From assembly GCA_001742785.1 (NCBI GenBank), contig MCBF01000001.1, positions 635,664 through 654,175 of the forward strand: 18,512 nt of DNA. The letters are read 5' to 3'. Each line of letters begins with the position of its first letter. Positions within the stretch are counted from its first letter, which is position 1. This stretch comes from Candidatus Altiarchaeales archaeon IMC4. GTDB taxonomy: Archaea > Altiarchaeota > Altiarchaeia > IMC4. Positions 7,432 through 16,207 of the stretch are shown one piece after another. The notes beneath the pieces were generated by a model, which saw nothing but the letters and a program-made list of their open reading frames with translations, searched no databases and was not told the origin of the DNA. A program made the position numbers and the translations under genes.

Positions 7432-8334
7432 ATGGTCGACCCAAAATACAAAAAACTGCTTGAGCGCCAGAACTACAAGGTGGTAGGGAACCACTCCGCG
7501 GTAAAGGTTTGCGCATGGACGAAGAAGAGCATCCGCGACGAGGGGGTCTGTTACAAGGAGCAGTTTTACGGCATCGAATGCCACCGGTGCCTTCAGATGA
7601 CGCCTGCCGTTGCATCGTGCACCCAGAAATGCCTGTTTTGCTGGAGGAGCCTTGAGCATACCGAATCCCCGGCGAAGTGGGACGACCCCTCTTTCATAAT
7701 AGAGAATTCCATAGAGGCACAGAGGAAGCTTCTGAGCGGCTTCGGCGGGAACCCCGATGTAAACAAAAAGAAGCTCGCACAGGCGCAGGACCCGAACCAG
7801 GCCGCGATAAGTTTGTCCGGCGAGCCTACGATTTACCCGAAAATCGACGAGCTTGTCGGCGAGTTCAACAGGAGGCGCTTCACTACATTCCTCGTAACCA
7901 ACGGCACCCTGCCCGGGCGGCTTTCCAAAATGGAAAACCTGCCGACGCAGTTGTACCTTTCGGTGGATGCGCCGAACGAGGAGATTTACCGAAAACTCTG
8001 CAACCCCTTGGATTCCGCCTGCTGGGGGAAACTTAACGAGACCATGGACCTGTTTCCGTCCCTTGGCACGCGCCGGGTTATCCGCATGACGATGGTAAAG
8101 GGCTGGAACATGGTCGAGCCGCAGGGCTACGCAAAGATAATCGGGCGCGCCCAGCCGGATTTTGTCGAGGTCAAGGCATACATGTTCGTGGGCGCGTCAA
8201 GGGAGCGCCTGACCCTTGAGAACATGCCCTCGAACGACGAGGTCATGGATTTCGCGCAGAGGGTTGCAGAGGAAAGCGGGTACGATGTAAAGGACGAGAA
8301 AAGGGACAGTAGGGTTGTGTTGCTTGGGAAGTGA
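7432..8334 (+). CDS. taw1: 4-demethylwyosine synthase (radical SAM tRNA-Phe modification enzyme Tyw1/Taw1)
   Basis: HSAVKVCAWT, CYKEQFYGIECHRCLQMTP, CxxxCxxC (CTQKCLFCWR), AISLSGEPT, FVEVKAYMFVG, SRVVLL. Confidence 0.96.
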   Translation: MVDPKYKKLLERQNYKVVGNHSAVKVCAWTKKSIRDEGVCYKEQFYGIECHRCLQMTPAVASCTQKCLFCWRSLEHTESPAKWDDPSFIIENSIEAQRKLLSGFGGNPDVNKKKLAQAQDPNQAAISLSGEPTIYPKIDELVGEFNRRRFTTFLVTNGTLPGRLSKMENLPTQLYLSVDAPNEEIYRKLCNPLDSACWGKLNETMDLFPSLGTRRVIRMTMVKGWNMVEPQGYAKIIGRAQPDFVEVKAYMFVGASRERLTLENMPSNDEVMDFAQRVAEESGYDVKDEKRDSRVVLLGK

Positions 8335-8455
8335 GGATATTGATGGGTTTGGTTGTAGTCGCTTTGGTGCGGTTGGGGTAGAGGGTTTGGGTACATTGAG
8401 GGGTTAAATATTAATAATCCCCCCCAAATACATAATTGGGTGTGTGGGATAATAA

Positions 8456-9283
8456 ATGACTAATTGTAAGGATTGTGGAGAAAAGCTATCCTTTCTCTCT
8501 ACTATTACTGGTGGGGTATTGTGTGCTAATTGCAAGAATATTTACGAGTCTAAGTTGTCTAAAGCAGAGGAAGAAATATTGTTAAGAAAGAAAGTTACAA
8601 CACAACAATTAGAACTCTTACAAAATCAGAAGAAAAAAGAGTTGATAGATTTGTATTTTCGGATATTTAATCATTTTGAAGCAGATAGTGAATTTGATAA
8701 GGCCGAAATAGAGACTCTAGAGAAAATCCAAGAATCATTAAATCTGACAAATGGTGATGTTAAATTTGATGAATACCTCAGACCCCACACCTATATCTAT
8801 TCTACTCGTGAGGAAAACAAATTACCAATTATAGACGGGTTAAATATACACGGTGCCTCACCAGTAATCTTAAAAAAAGGGGAAATTATCCACTATGCAG
8901 ATAGTGCCGTACTCAAAGAGATGAGGTCGATTAGTCTAGGTTATGAGGGGGGATCGCATGGTGTAAGTTTTACTATCATGAAGGGGGTTCGTTACCATGT
9001 GGGTTCCCATAAAGGGCATATAAAAAGAGAGACTAAACTGGTTGAAACATCACGCGGAGTTCTTATTATAACAAATAAGAGGATTTTACTACACCCAAGT
9101 CCAAGAAGCAAACCAATAAGTATCCCTCTGAATAAGGTCTTGTCGTATAATTGCTTCAAAAATGGGATTGAAATATACAAAGATGGGAGAGAAAAGGGAT
9201 ATTTCTTTGTTATAGACAAAAGTGGCTCAATCGAGATTTTTGGTATATGCCTTAGTTATTTATTGGGACAGCGGGCGGAGTAA
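8456..9283 (+). CDS. Accessory hypothetical protein: N-terminal Zn ribbon, TerB-like helical segment, C-terminal PH-like domain
   Basis: CKDC...CANC; ADSEFDKAEIETLEKIQESLNL; ILKKGEIIH...GVLIITNKRILL...IPLNKV; AT-rich relative to its neighbours. Confidence 0.6.
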   Translation: MTNCKDCGEKLSFLSTITGGVLCANCKNIYESKLSKAEEEILLRKKVTTQQLELLQNQKKKELIDLYFRIFNHFEADSEFDKAEIETLEKIQESLNLTNGDVKFDEYLRPHTYIYSTREENKLPIIDGLNIHGASPVILKKGEIIHYADSAVLKEMRSISLGYEGGSHGVSFTIMKGVRYHVGSHKGHIKRETKLVETSRGVLIITNKRILLHPSPRSKPISIPLNKVLSYNCFKNGIEIYKDGREKGYFFVIDKSGSIEIFGICLSYLLGQRAE

Positions 9284-9300
9284 ACAATAAAAATAAAGAA

Positions 9301-9852
9301 CTAAAACTTAACCTTAACCGCTTCCCGTTCCACACCCTCGGTCTTAAACTGTTCCTCCTGAGCGAAGCCGAACATCCCCGCAATCAGGTTGTACGGAATC
9401 TGCTGGATCCTTATGTTATAGGCCATCACGGAATCGTTGTAGAATTGCCTTGAGTATGCGATTTTGCTTTCAGTTCCCGATAATTCCTCCTGAAGCTGCA
9501 TGAAGTTCGTGCTCGCCTTAAGGTCCGGGTACGCCTCCGCAACCGCAAAAAGGCTCTTGAGGGCGCCCGATAGCATATTCTCCGCCGCCGCCTTATTGCC
9601 CGCCCCCTGCGCGTTCATCGCGTTGGCGCGCGCCTTTGTGATCTCTTCGAAGACTCCCTTTTCATGCGTTGCGTAGCCCTTCACCGTTTCAACGAGGTTC
9701 GGGATGAGGTCGTACCTTCGCTTTAGCTGGACGTCAATCTGCGACCATGCGTTCTTTACCCCGTTCCTCAGGGTTACGAGACCGTTGTAGATAACGACAA
9801 ACGCCAGCACGAAAAGAATTATCACGCCAAAGATTAGATATATCGGGTTCAT
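9301..9852 (-). CDS. lemA: LemA family protein
   Basis: N-terminal TM helix, [48 protein letters not shown]. Confidence 0.97.
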   Translation of the reverse strand: MNPIYLIFGVIILFVLAFVVIYNGLVTLRNGVKNAWSQIDVQLKRRYDLIPNLVETVKGYATHEKGVFEEITKARANAMNAQGAGNKAAAENMLSGALKSLFAVAEAYPDLKASTNFMQLQEELSGTESKIAYSRQFYNDSVMAYNIRIQQIPYNLIAGMFGFAQEEQFKTEGVEREAVKVKF

Positions 9853-9928
9853 GATAGTTATTGTGTTTGAGTATTAAAATAACACCAAACAACAATTATT
9901 TAATATCTCTGAAATTTAAAATTCTATT

Positions 9929-10798
9929 ATGAACGTATATGACCAGACAACCCGGAACCGGAGAAACGCGTGGCTTTTGTTCTTGGGTTTTTTTGCGGTG
10001 ATGTATGTGCTGGGGTGGGTAATCAGCGCATACTATGGAATGGGTGACTTCGGGATAATCCTTATCCTTGCCTTGGCACTGGTTTACAGTATGATAAGCT
10101 ACTACCTCGGAAGCCTGATGATACTTGGCGTCAACGGGGCAAAGGAGGCGAAAAAAGAGGAGTATCCGTACTTATACAACACGGTCGAGGGCCTGAGCAT
10201 CGCGGCAGGGCTTCCGATGCCGAAGGTTTACGTGATGGATGACCCCTCGCCAAACGCGTTCGCAACGGGGCGCGACCCCGCCCACAGCTCGGTCGCAGTA
10301 ACAACCGGGCTTCTTGGACGGCTGAACCGCCTTGAGCTCGAGGGGGTTATCGCCCACGAGCTTTCGCACATAAAAAATTACGACATAAGATTTACGATGC
10401 TCGTTATCGCCATGGTCGGCGCCATCGGTCTTCTTGCCGGATTTGCGTCGCGGATGTTCTGGCACGGCGGCGGCAGGAGGGACAAGAATTCCGGCGCTAT
10501 TATGATAATTGCGGTAGTTGTCGCGATTTTGGCGCCGCTATTTGCGCACCTAGTCAAACTTGCGATCTCGAGAAAAAGGGAGTACATGGCGGACGCGACA
10601 GGTGCGCTCCTCACGAGGTACCCCAAGGGGCTTGCAGATGCGCTCAAGAAGATTGCGCAGGCGGAGCCGATGAAATCCGCGGACCAGACGTCTGCGCCGC
10701 TTTATATCTCAAACCCCTTCGGAAGGAACGCCATAAGCGGACTTTTCAGCACCCACCCGCCGATAGAAGATCGGATAAAGCGGCTTGAATCAATGTAA
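9929..10798 (+). CDS. htpX: Membrane zinc metalloprotease HtpX (M48)
   Basis: PNAFATGRDP, HELSH (HExxH), SRKREYMADA, LFSTHPPIEDRI; several TM segments. Confidence 0.96.
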   Translation: MNVYDQTTRNRRNAWLLFLGFFAVMYVLGWVISAYYGMGDFGIILILALALVYSMISYYLGSLMILGVNGAKEAKKEEYPYLYNTVEGLSIAAGLPMPKVYVMDDPSPNAFATGRDPAHSSVAVTTGLLGRLNRLELEGVIAHELSHIKNYDIRFTMLVIAMVGAIGLLAGFASRMFWHGGGRRDKNSGAIMIIAVVVAILAPLFAHLVKLAISRKREYMADATGALLTRYPKGLADALKKIAQAEPMKSADQTSAPLYISNPFGRNAISGLFSTHPPIEDRIKRLESM

Positions 10799-10808
10799 AT
10801 ATCGGGAG

Positions 10809-12071
10809 ATGGACTCTTACAAAAAAATTATTGGGCTGATGGAAAGGCATGAGTCGTGGCGCTCATCGTGCCTGAATATGATCGCAAGCGAGAACGTTAC
10901 ATCCAATGCCGTCAGAATGGGGGTTGCCTCGGATTTCGGACACCGCTATGCAGAGGGCTTGTTAGGGGGCTGCGATGACGGAAGAAAACTCTTCAACAGG
11001 TTCTATCAGGGAACTGCTGTCTTTGACGAGGTCGAGGGAATGGCGATGTCAATGGCTGAAAAAATGTTCGACGCCGAGCATGCCAACATGGTCCCGATTT
11101 CCGGCGCGCTTGCGAACCTGACTGCCTACTACGCCCTTGCGAAGATCGGCGATAAGATCTCAGGGCTCAACATCGAGTGCGGGGGCCACATCTCGCACAC
11201 CCACGTCAGCGCGGCAGGGGTCATGGGGCTGAAGGACGTTGCCTATCCGTTTGATATTGAGGAGATGAATATCGACGTTGACGAGGCAAAGAAGATGGTT
11301 CTTCGGGAAAAGCCTAAGATTATGATATTCGGGGCGAGTGTTTTTTTGTTTCCGCACCCCTTGAAGGAAATGAGGGAAGCTGCGGACGAAATCGGCGCGG
11401 TGATGATGTACGATGCGGCGCACGTCGCGGGGCTTATCGCAGGCGGGAAATTCCAGAAACCCTTCAAGGAGGGAGCTGACGTGATGACGTCCTCGACGCA
11501 CAAGTCGTTCCCCGGCCCGCAGGGAGGCATGATACTGTGCAAAAACAAGTTCGCAAAAAAAATCGACAACGCCGCTTTCCCGGGGCTTATGAGCAACCAC
11601 CACCTGCACCACGTCGCGGGTTTTGTTGTCGCGCTGGCCGAGATGGAAAAATTCGGCGCGGAATATGCCTCGCAGATATTGAAAAATGCGAAGGCGCTTG
11701 CGCAGTCCATGCACGAGCTGGGCTTCGACGTGCTGTGCGAGCACAAGGGCTTCACGCTGTCGCATCAAGTACTTGTTGATATCTCTAAAAACGGCGGCGG
11801 AAGGAAGGTGGCCAATGACTTAGAGGCGGCGAACATCATACTCAACAAGAACATGCTTCCGCGGGATTCCTTGGACAAGACCGGCGACCCCTCGGGCATC
11901 AGGATCGGCGTGCAGGAACTGACGCACGTCGGGATGAAGGAGTCCGAGATGAAGGAGGTTGCGCAGTTGATCAAGCGGGTTGTGCTGGGGGGGGAAAGCC
12001 CTGGGAAAGTGAAGCGGGATGTTGGGGAGTTGAAAAGCGGTTTCAGCAAGGTTTGTTACTGTTTTGATTAG
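10809..12071 (+). CDS. glyA: Serine hydroxymethyltransferase (archaeal type)
   Basis: LNMIASEN, RYAEG, GGHISH, YDAAHVAGLIAG, PLP-lysine SSTHKSFPGPQGG, PSGIRIG. Start placed at ATG 10809 after GGGAG, clear of the htpX stop. Confidence 0.97.
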   Translation: MDSYKKIIGLMERHESWRSSCLNMIASENVTSNAVRMGVASDFGHRYAEGLLGGCDDGRKLFNRFYQGTAVFDEVEGMAMSMAEKMFDAEHANMVPISGALANLTAYYALAKIGDKISGLNIECGGHISHTHVSAAGVMGLKDVAYPFDIEEMNIDVDEAKKMVLREKPKIMIFGASVFLFPHPLKEMREAADEIGAVMMYDAAHVAGLIAGGKFQKPFKEGADVMTSSTHKSFPGPQGGMILCKNKFAKKIDNAAFPGLMSNHHLHHVAGFVVALAEMEKFGAEYASQILKNAKALAQSMHELGFDVLCEHKGFTLSHQVLVDISKNGGGRKVANDLEAANIILNKNMLPRDSLDKTGDPSGIRIGVQELTHVGMKESEMKEVAQLIKRVVLGGESPGKVKRDVGELKSGFSKVCYCFD

Positions 12072-12073
12072 GA

Positions 12074-13324
12074 ATGAATACGCTGCACAAAATAATCATG
12101 GGGGACAGCAGAAAAATGGTTGAGGTGCAAAATGGATCAATAGACCTGGTTGTTACCTCGCCGCCGTACTGGCACATAAAAGATTATGGTGTTGAAAACC
12201 AGATTGGATACGGCCAATCCCTGCATGAATACCTGAAAAACCTCTACCTTGTTTGGAAAGAATGTTTCAGGACATTAAAACCGGGAACGAGATTGTGCAT
12301 AAATATTGGCGACCAGTTCATGAGGAGCATAATTTACGGAAGATATAAAATCGCACCCCTGCACTGCGAGTTTATTGTGCAGTGTGAAAAGATTGGCTTT
12401 GATTACATGGGTTCCATAATCTGGCAGAAGAAAACGACGATGAACACTACGGGCGGCGCATCGGTCATGGGTTCTTACCCGCACCCACCCAACGGAATGA
12501 TAGAACTTGATTATGAATTCATACTGATATTCAAAAAGCCGGGCATGAAGACGGCATCCAAAGAAGTAAAAGAGGAATCAAAATTAACAAAGGATGAGTG
12601 GAAGGAGTATTTTCTGGGCCATTGGTATTTTAATGGAGTAAGACAGGACGAACATATTGCAATGTTCCCGGATGAACTTCCAAAAAGATTAATCAAGATG
12701 TTTACTTTTGTAGGGGATATGGTTTTAGACCCGTTTTTGGGAAGCGGAACTACGACAAAAGTGGCGTTAGGTTTGGGTCGAAACTCCATTGGATATGAGA
12801 TAAATGAGGGGTTTTTGCCGGTCATCAAGGAAAAAATAGGATTAAACAACACATTGATGCCCGCGGCCAACAAAATAGAGATTACCAAGAAGGCAGAACG
12901 GTTGGATGTACACGAAGATATGGATTATACCCCAAATATCCAAGATGCAAAGCCGATAATCAATCCTGAAAAATTCAAATTTGAAAGAGGGGGGATGTAC
13001 AAAGTATCAAGGATATTAAATGAGGATACGATTGAACTGGACACCGGGCTTACCGTGAATCTGTTGGGTATTCATGTTATTCCAGAAAAAGCTAAATGGG
13101 CAATTGAGTATCTAGAAAAATACGTAAAGGGGAAGCAGGTGTTTCTCAAATTTGATTTGTTATCCAAACCAAAAAATAAAGATGGTGCTATTCCTGCATA
13201 CGTATATCTGAAAAACAAAATTTTTATTAATAAAGAGATGATAAAACAGGGGTTTTCAGAAATCGGTGGGCAGGAGTTTAAGTATAAAAACAGCTTCATG
13301 AAGGTTGTGGTGGCGTGCGTGTAA
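12074..13324 (+). CDS. Beta-class amino-methyltransferase (likely m4C) fused to a C-terminal thermonuclease (SNase)-like domain
   Basis: Motif IV TSPPY precedes motif I DPFLGSGTT; H.AMFPDELPKRLI; C-terminal YKVSRILNEDTIEL...LLGI...AYVYL...INKEMIKQG pattern of an SNase OB-fold. Confidence 0.88.
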   Translation: MNTLHKIIMGDSRKMVEVQNGSIDLVVTSPPYWHIKDYGVENQIGYGQSLHEYLKNLYLVWKECFRTLKPGTRLCINIGDQFMRSIIYGRYKIAPLHCEFIVQCEKIGFDYMGSIIWQKKTTMNTTGGASVMGSYPHPPNGMIELDYEFILIFKKPGMKTASKEVKEESKLTKDEWKEYFLGHWYFNGVRQDEHIAMFPDELPKRLIKMFTFVGDMVLDPFLGSGTTTKVALGLGRNSIGYEINEGFLPVIKEKIGLNNTLMPAANKIEITKKAERLDVHEDMDYTPNIQDAKPIINPEKFKFERGGMYKVSRILNEDTIELDTGLTVNLLGIHVIPEKAKWAIEYLEKYVKGKQVFLKFDLLSKPKNKDGAIPAYVYLKNKIFINKEMIKQGFSEIGGQEFKYKNSFMKVVVACV

Positions 13325-13325
13325 G

Positions 13326-13958
13326 ATGGCTAAAGAGTGGATATTAAATCAAGCGAATATGCGAGGGGGACTAACCAAAAAAAGTAAAGTTGGGCCCGTT
13401 GCAGAGTTAATTAGAAAATGTGCCCCAAAGACACTAAAGGATTGGGAAAAATTTTATTTAGACAAAGCGTATTCGAAACAGCACCTTGAGCAACTCGGGA
13501 AAACATTATTTATTAAAGTTACTGATGTCTGTAAGGCCGAAATAGAAGATGTTACCGAAGAGGATTGTATAGACTTTATATACAATCTGGTTATAAATAG
13601 AACTTTTGAGGGTTATCAATCAGAGATTCAAACAATATATGGGCAACTTGAAAATATTCTCGGAGTTAAAATTGAACCCGCACCTGACGAATGGGATAGG
13701 GGGTATAATGTGGATTATTTTATTAAAATTCACGAAAAATATATCGGCCTTCAAATAAAACCTGCAGGATTTGAATATATTACGCAAATAATCAATGAGA
13801 GAGAACAACAGAAAAAAACGCACGAAAAATTTACCGCAAAATACGGCGGAAAGGTGTTTTATATTATTTCGATAACCGAGGGTAAAAATAAGATAATTCA
13901 TAATCCGGAAGTAATTGACGAAATAAACGCAGAGATTAAAAGACTGCAAAGACAATAA
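13326..13958 (+). CDS. MjaI-family type II restriction endonuclease
   Basis: Starts 1 nt after the MTase stop (MAKEWIL); VGPVAELIR, W..FY, RTFEGY, APDEWD..YNVD..I...IGLQIKP (PD-(D/E/Q)xK-like). Confidence 0.82.
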   Translation: MAKEWILNQANMRGGLTKKSKVGPVAELIRKCAPKTLKDWEKFYLDKAYSKQHLEQLGKTLFIKVTDVCKAEIEDVTEEDCIDFIYNLVINRTFEGYQSEIQTIYGQLENILGVKIEPAPDEWDRGYNVDYFIKIHEKYIGLQIKPAGFEYITQIINEREQQKKTHEKFTAKYGGKVFYIISITEGKNKIIHNPEVIDEINAEIKRLQRQ

Positions 13959-13981
13959 CGCCGATTATTCGTTTGACTAAA

Positions 13982-14323
13982 ATGACTCCAAGAATATGCC
14001 GGGAATTTTACTTCGACGCCGCGCACTACCTGCCGAACTACAAGGGCAAGTGCGAGAACATGCACGGGCACACCTATAAGCTTGAGGTGTGCGTGTCCGG
14101 GAAAATCAAGGGCAACGGGATGGTGATGGACTTCAACGAACTGAAGGGGAACGTCGAGGTGGTCATGGAAAAACTGGACCACAAAAACCTCAACGAAATT
14201 TTTGAAGCCCCGACCGCCGAGAACATCGCCGCGTGGATATTTTCCGAGCTGAAAAAGAAGGTTGTTGTCTGCTCGGTAAAACTGTGGGAGGGGGACGGTA
14301 AGTGGGTCGAGGTAACCGAATGA
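13982..14323 (+). CDS. queD: 6-carboxy-5,6,7,8-tetrahydropterin synthase
   Basis: FDAAHYLP, C-x3-HGH (CENMHGHTY), GMVMDF, LDHKNLN, PTAENIA, LWE. Confidence 0.95.
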   Translation: MTPRICREFYFDAAHYLPNYKGKCENMHGHTYKLEVCVSGKIKGNGMVMDFNELKGNVEVVMEKLDHKNLNEIFEAPTAENIAAWIFSELKKKVVVCSVKLWEGDGKWVEVTE

Positions 14324-14432
14324 AAATGCAAAAGTCAAACTGCAAAAGCAAATTTGGGTTGGTTCGGGTTGCAAATTTCAATGTTGGGTTTGAGAGGCTG
14401 CGTTAACCATTTTTCAATTTGTAATTTGCAAT
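14321..14432. repeat. Inverted pair of degenerate heptamer tandem arrays
   Basis: Left TGAAAA-TGCAAAA-GTCAAAC-TGCAAAA-GCAAATT (14321-14354); right CCATTTT-TCAATTT-GTAATTT-GCAAT (14407-14432), whose reverse complement resembles the left array. Confidence 0.6.
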
Positions 14433-14443
14433 CATATAATAAA

Positions 14444-15025
14444 ATGTATCTGGTTTTCGACACCGAAACTACGGGGCTTCCGAAAAACTGGAAGGCACCC
14501 ATTGACGACCTTGACAACTGGCCGCGCCTTGTTCAGATTGCGTGGCTCGTTTTTGACGAAGAGGGGCAGGAACTCTCCTCGCAGTGCCGCATCATAAAGC
14601 CGCAGGGGTTTGAAATACCGGAAGATGCCACAAGGATTCACGGCATTTCAACAAAGCGGGCGTCGCGCGACGGAGTAGAACTTAACGCCGCCCTCGATGA
14701 ATTTTCGGGGGGGATAAACCGGTCGGAATTTTTGGTCGCCCACAACATGAAATTCGATGAGATGATCGTCGGCGCCGAGTTTCTGCGCCAGGGGATTGAC
14801 AACTGCTTGCAGGGGATACCGAAAATATGCACGCAGGAAAAATCCACGTATTTTTGCAGGCTGCCGAACCCGAGGGGCTACGGCTACAAATGGCCGAAAC
14901 TGTCCGAGCTCCACCGCACGCTCTTCGGGCACCACTTCGAAGACGCCCACGACGCTATGGTGGACGCCCGCGCCTGCGCGAAATGCTTTTTTGAATTAAA
15001 AAGAAGGAATCTCATTATCAACTAA
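14444..15025 (+). CDS. DEDDh 3'-5' exonuclease (DnaQ/epsilon-like)
   Basis: ExoI FDTETTG, ExoII VAHNMKFD, ExoIII AHDAMVD; start at ATG 14444 after an AT-rich stretch. Confidence 0.93.
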   Translation: MYLVFDTETTGLPKNWKAPIDDLDNWPRLVQIAWLVFDEEGQELSSQCRIIKPQGFEIPEDATRIHGISTKRASRDGVELNAALDEFSGGINRSEFLVAHNMKFDEMIVGAEFLRQGIDNCLQGIPKICTQEKSTYFCRLPNPRGYGYKWPKLSELHRTLFGHHFEDAHDAMVDARACAKCFFELKRRNLIIN

Positions 15026-15028
15026 CCG

Positions 15029-15475
15029 GTGAAGACAATGCTGTTGAAAAACACGATATCCGCAATATTCGCGGTCGTTTTCGGCGCGGTACTTTACGCT
15101 GTTTTCGGCTGGGTGCCGGTATTCGGCGGGCTTCTCGTCGGCTGGTTTGTCGGGCGGCGGGTTAGAATCCGAAGCTTCTATACGGGCGCCGCGGTTGCCG
15201 GGTGCGGCTTTTTCCTTGCGTGGGATTTTTTCCTGAAGGACATTAACATTGTGTTCCAGCTTATTCTGGTTTTGGATTACTGCCTTGGGATTTTGACTGC
15301 GGGGATCGGCTCGCGGCTTGCTTCTGGGGCGTGGTTCGCCTCGTTTTCTGATTTAAGGGGGGGTCGGCGGCCCGAAAAGGAAAATAAGATCGTGATGTAC
15401 ACGGTGTGCCAGAAGTGCGGGACGGCTAATCCGAAGGATGACGGGGTTTGTGCTGAGTGCGGGGGGAGGTTGTGA
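15029..15475 (+). CDS. Small multi-pass membrane protein with C-terminal Zn ribbon
   Basis: Three to four hydrophobic Gly-rich helices; CQKC...CAEC at the C-terminus. Start is GTG 15029 or ATG 15038. Confidence 0.75.
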   Translation: MKTMLLKNTISAIFAVVFGAVLYAVFGWVPVFGGLLVGWFVGRRVRIRSFYTGAAVAGCGFFLAWDFFLKDINIVFQLILVLDYCLGILTAGIGSRLASGAWFASFSDLRGGRRPEKENKIVMYTVCQKCGTANPKDDGVCAECGGRL

Positions 15476-15507
15476 TGAACATCGAGGGTTTCGCAAGGCG
15501 CGGGTTC
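15475..15507 (+). repeat. Left copy of a 33-bp direct repeat (duplicated start of the AIR-synthase-like gene; right copy 16584-16616)
   Basis: ATGAACATCGAGGGTTTCGCAAGGCGCGGGTTC versus ATGGACATCGAGGGTTTCGCAAGGCGCGGGTTC: 32/33 identical, last 29 exact. Confidence 0.95.
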
Positions 15508-15516
15508 AAAAAAGTG

Positions 15517-15548
15517 TGGAAATCCGTATTTTTAAATTCGGATTTCCA
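15517..15548 (+). promoter_or_regulatory. Palindromic operator overlapping a TATA-like box upstream of wHTH-MNT
   Basis: TGGAAATCCG (15517-15526)-N12-CGGATTTCCA (15539-15548); the spacer contains TTTTTAAAT; additional half-site AATTCGGA at about 15555. Confidence 0.7.
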
Positions 15549-15571
15549 AAATATAATTCGGAAAACAAAAA

Positions 15572-16207
15572 ATGTATCTGGATAAAATATTGGGAACAAG
15601 AACCAAGATAAACGCAATTTACATCTTGCTCAAGGATCCTGCGAGGGCATACATCGAAAAAGAGTTGGCAAAGGAGGCAGACACCTCGGTATCGGAGATT
15701 AACCGCCAACTGCCGGACCTTGTTGCGGCAGGCCTTGTTTCAATAGAGCGTGTGGGAAAAACAAAAAGGTACCAGATAAACGCCCGGCATTTTTTGTATC
15801 CTCCGCTTCGAGACCTGTTCAAAGACCTGAATGATGTTTATATGGAAATCGCAGATAAGATCACCGAGTATATAATCCAAGAACATCCGAACGCCATTCA
15901 GGCAGTCCTTTTGACGGGGAGCGTACTTGGCAAAGGGGCGCGTTCCGACTTAGTTCATGGACCAAGTGATATCGACCTGTTGTTCGTAGTCAACGAAAAG
16001 GCAGGCGTGATTAAGAATCACCTTTTGGAGTACATAAACCACAGCATAGTCCCGGAATATGGTATTGTTTGCTACCCTCTTGTTTTGACTTCTGACGAAT
16101 ATATGGAATATCTTAAAGGAAATAAATTTATTATAGGAATTCACGCTAACGCAAAGGTATTGTATGGCAAAAAACCAAGAGGATTTGGCAAATTGGTGCC
16201 TGATTAA
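15572..16207 (+). CDS. Winged-HTH + minimal nucleotidyltransferase (MNT) antitoxin-like protein
   Basis: N-terminal ELAKEADTSVSEINRQLPDL...VGKTKRYQIN wHTH; C-terminal LLTGS...SDIDLL pol-beta-family motif. Confidence 0.88.
   Translation: MYLDKILGTRTKINAIYILLKDPARAYIEKELAKEADTSVSEINRQLPDLVAAGLVSIERVGKTKRYQINARHFLYPPLRDLFKDLNDVYMEIADKITEYIIQEHPNAIQAVLLTGSVLGKGARSDLVHGPSDIDLLFVVNEKAGVIKNHLLEYINHSIVPEYGIVCYPLVLTSDEYMEYLKGNKFIIGIHANAKVLYGKKPRGFGKLVPD

Noticed and set aside
11160..11768. Long antisense ORFs within glyA (also within lysS, htpX and the AIR-synthase-like gene)
   Set aside because: Shadow frames of GC-rich, well-supported genes.
13326..13958. Assigning CTAG specificity by analogy to MjaI
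   Set aside because: Family membership does not fix the recognition site; CTAG occurs several times in the window and depletion cannot be judged without genome-wide counts.
12074..14323. 7-deazaguanine DNA modification (dpd) system from queD next to R-M genes
   Set aside because: No dpdA/tgt-like, queC, queE or folE gene here; queD has backbone-like composition and is explained by archaeosine/preQ0 synthesis.
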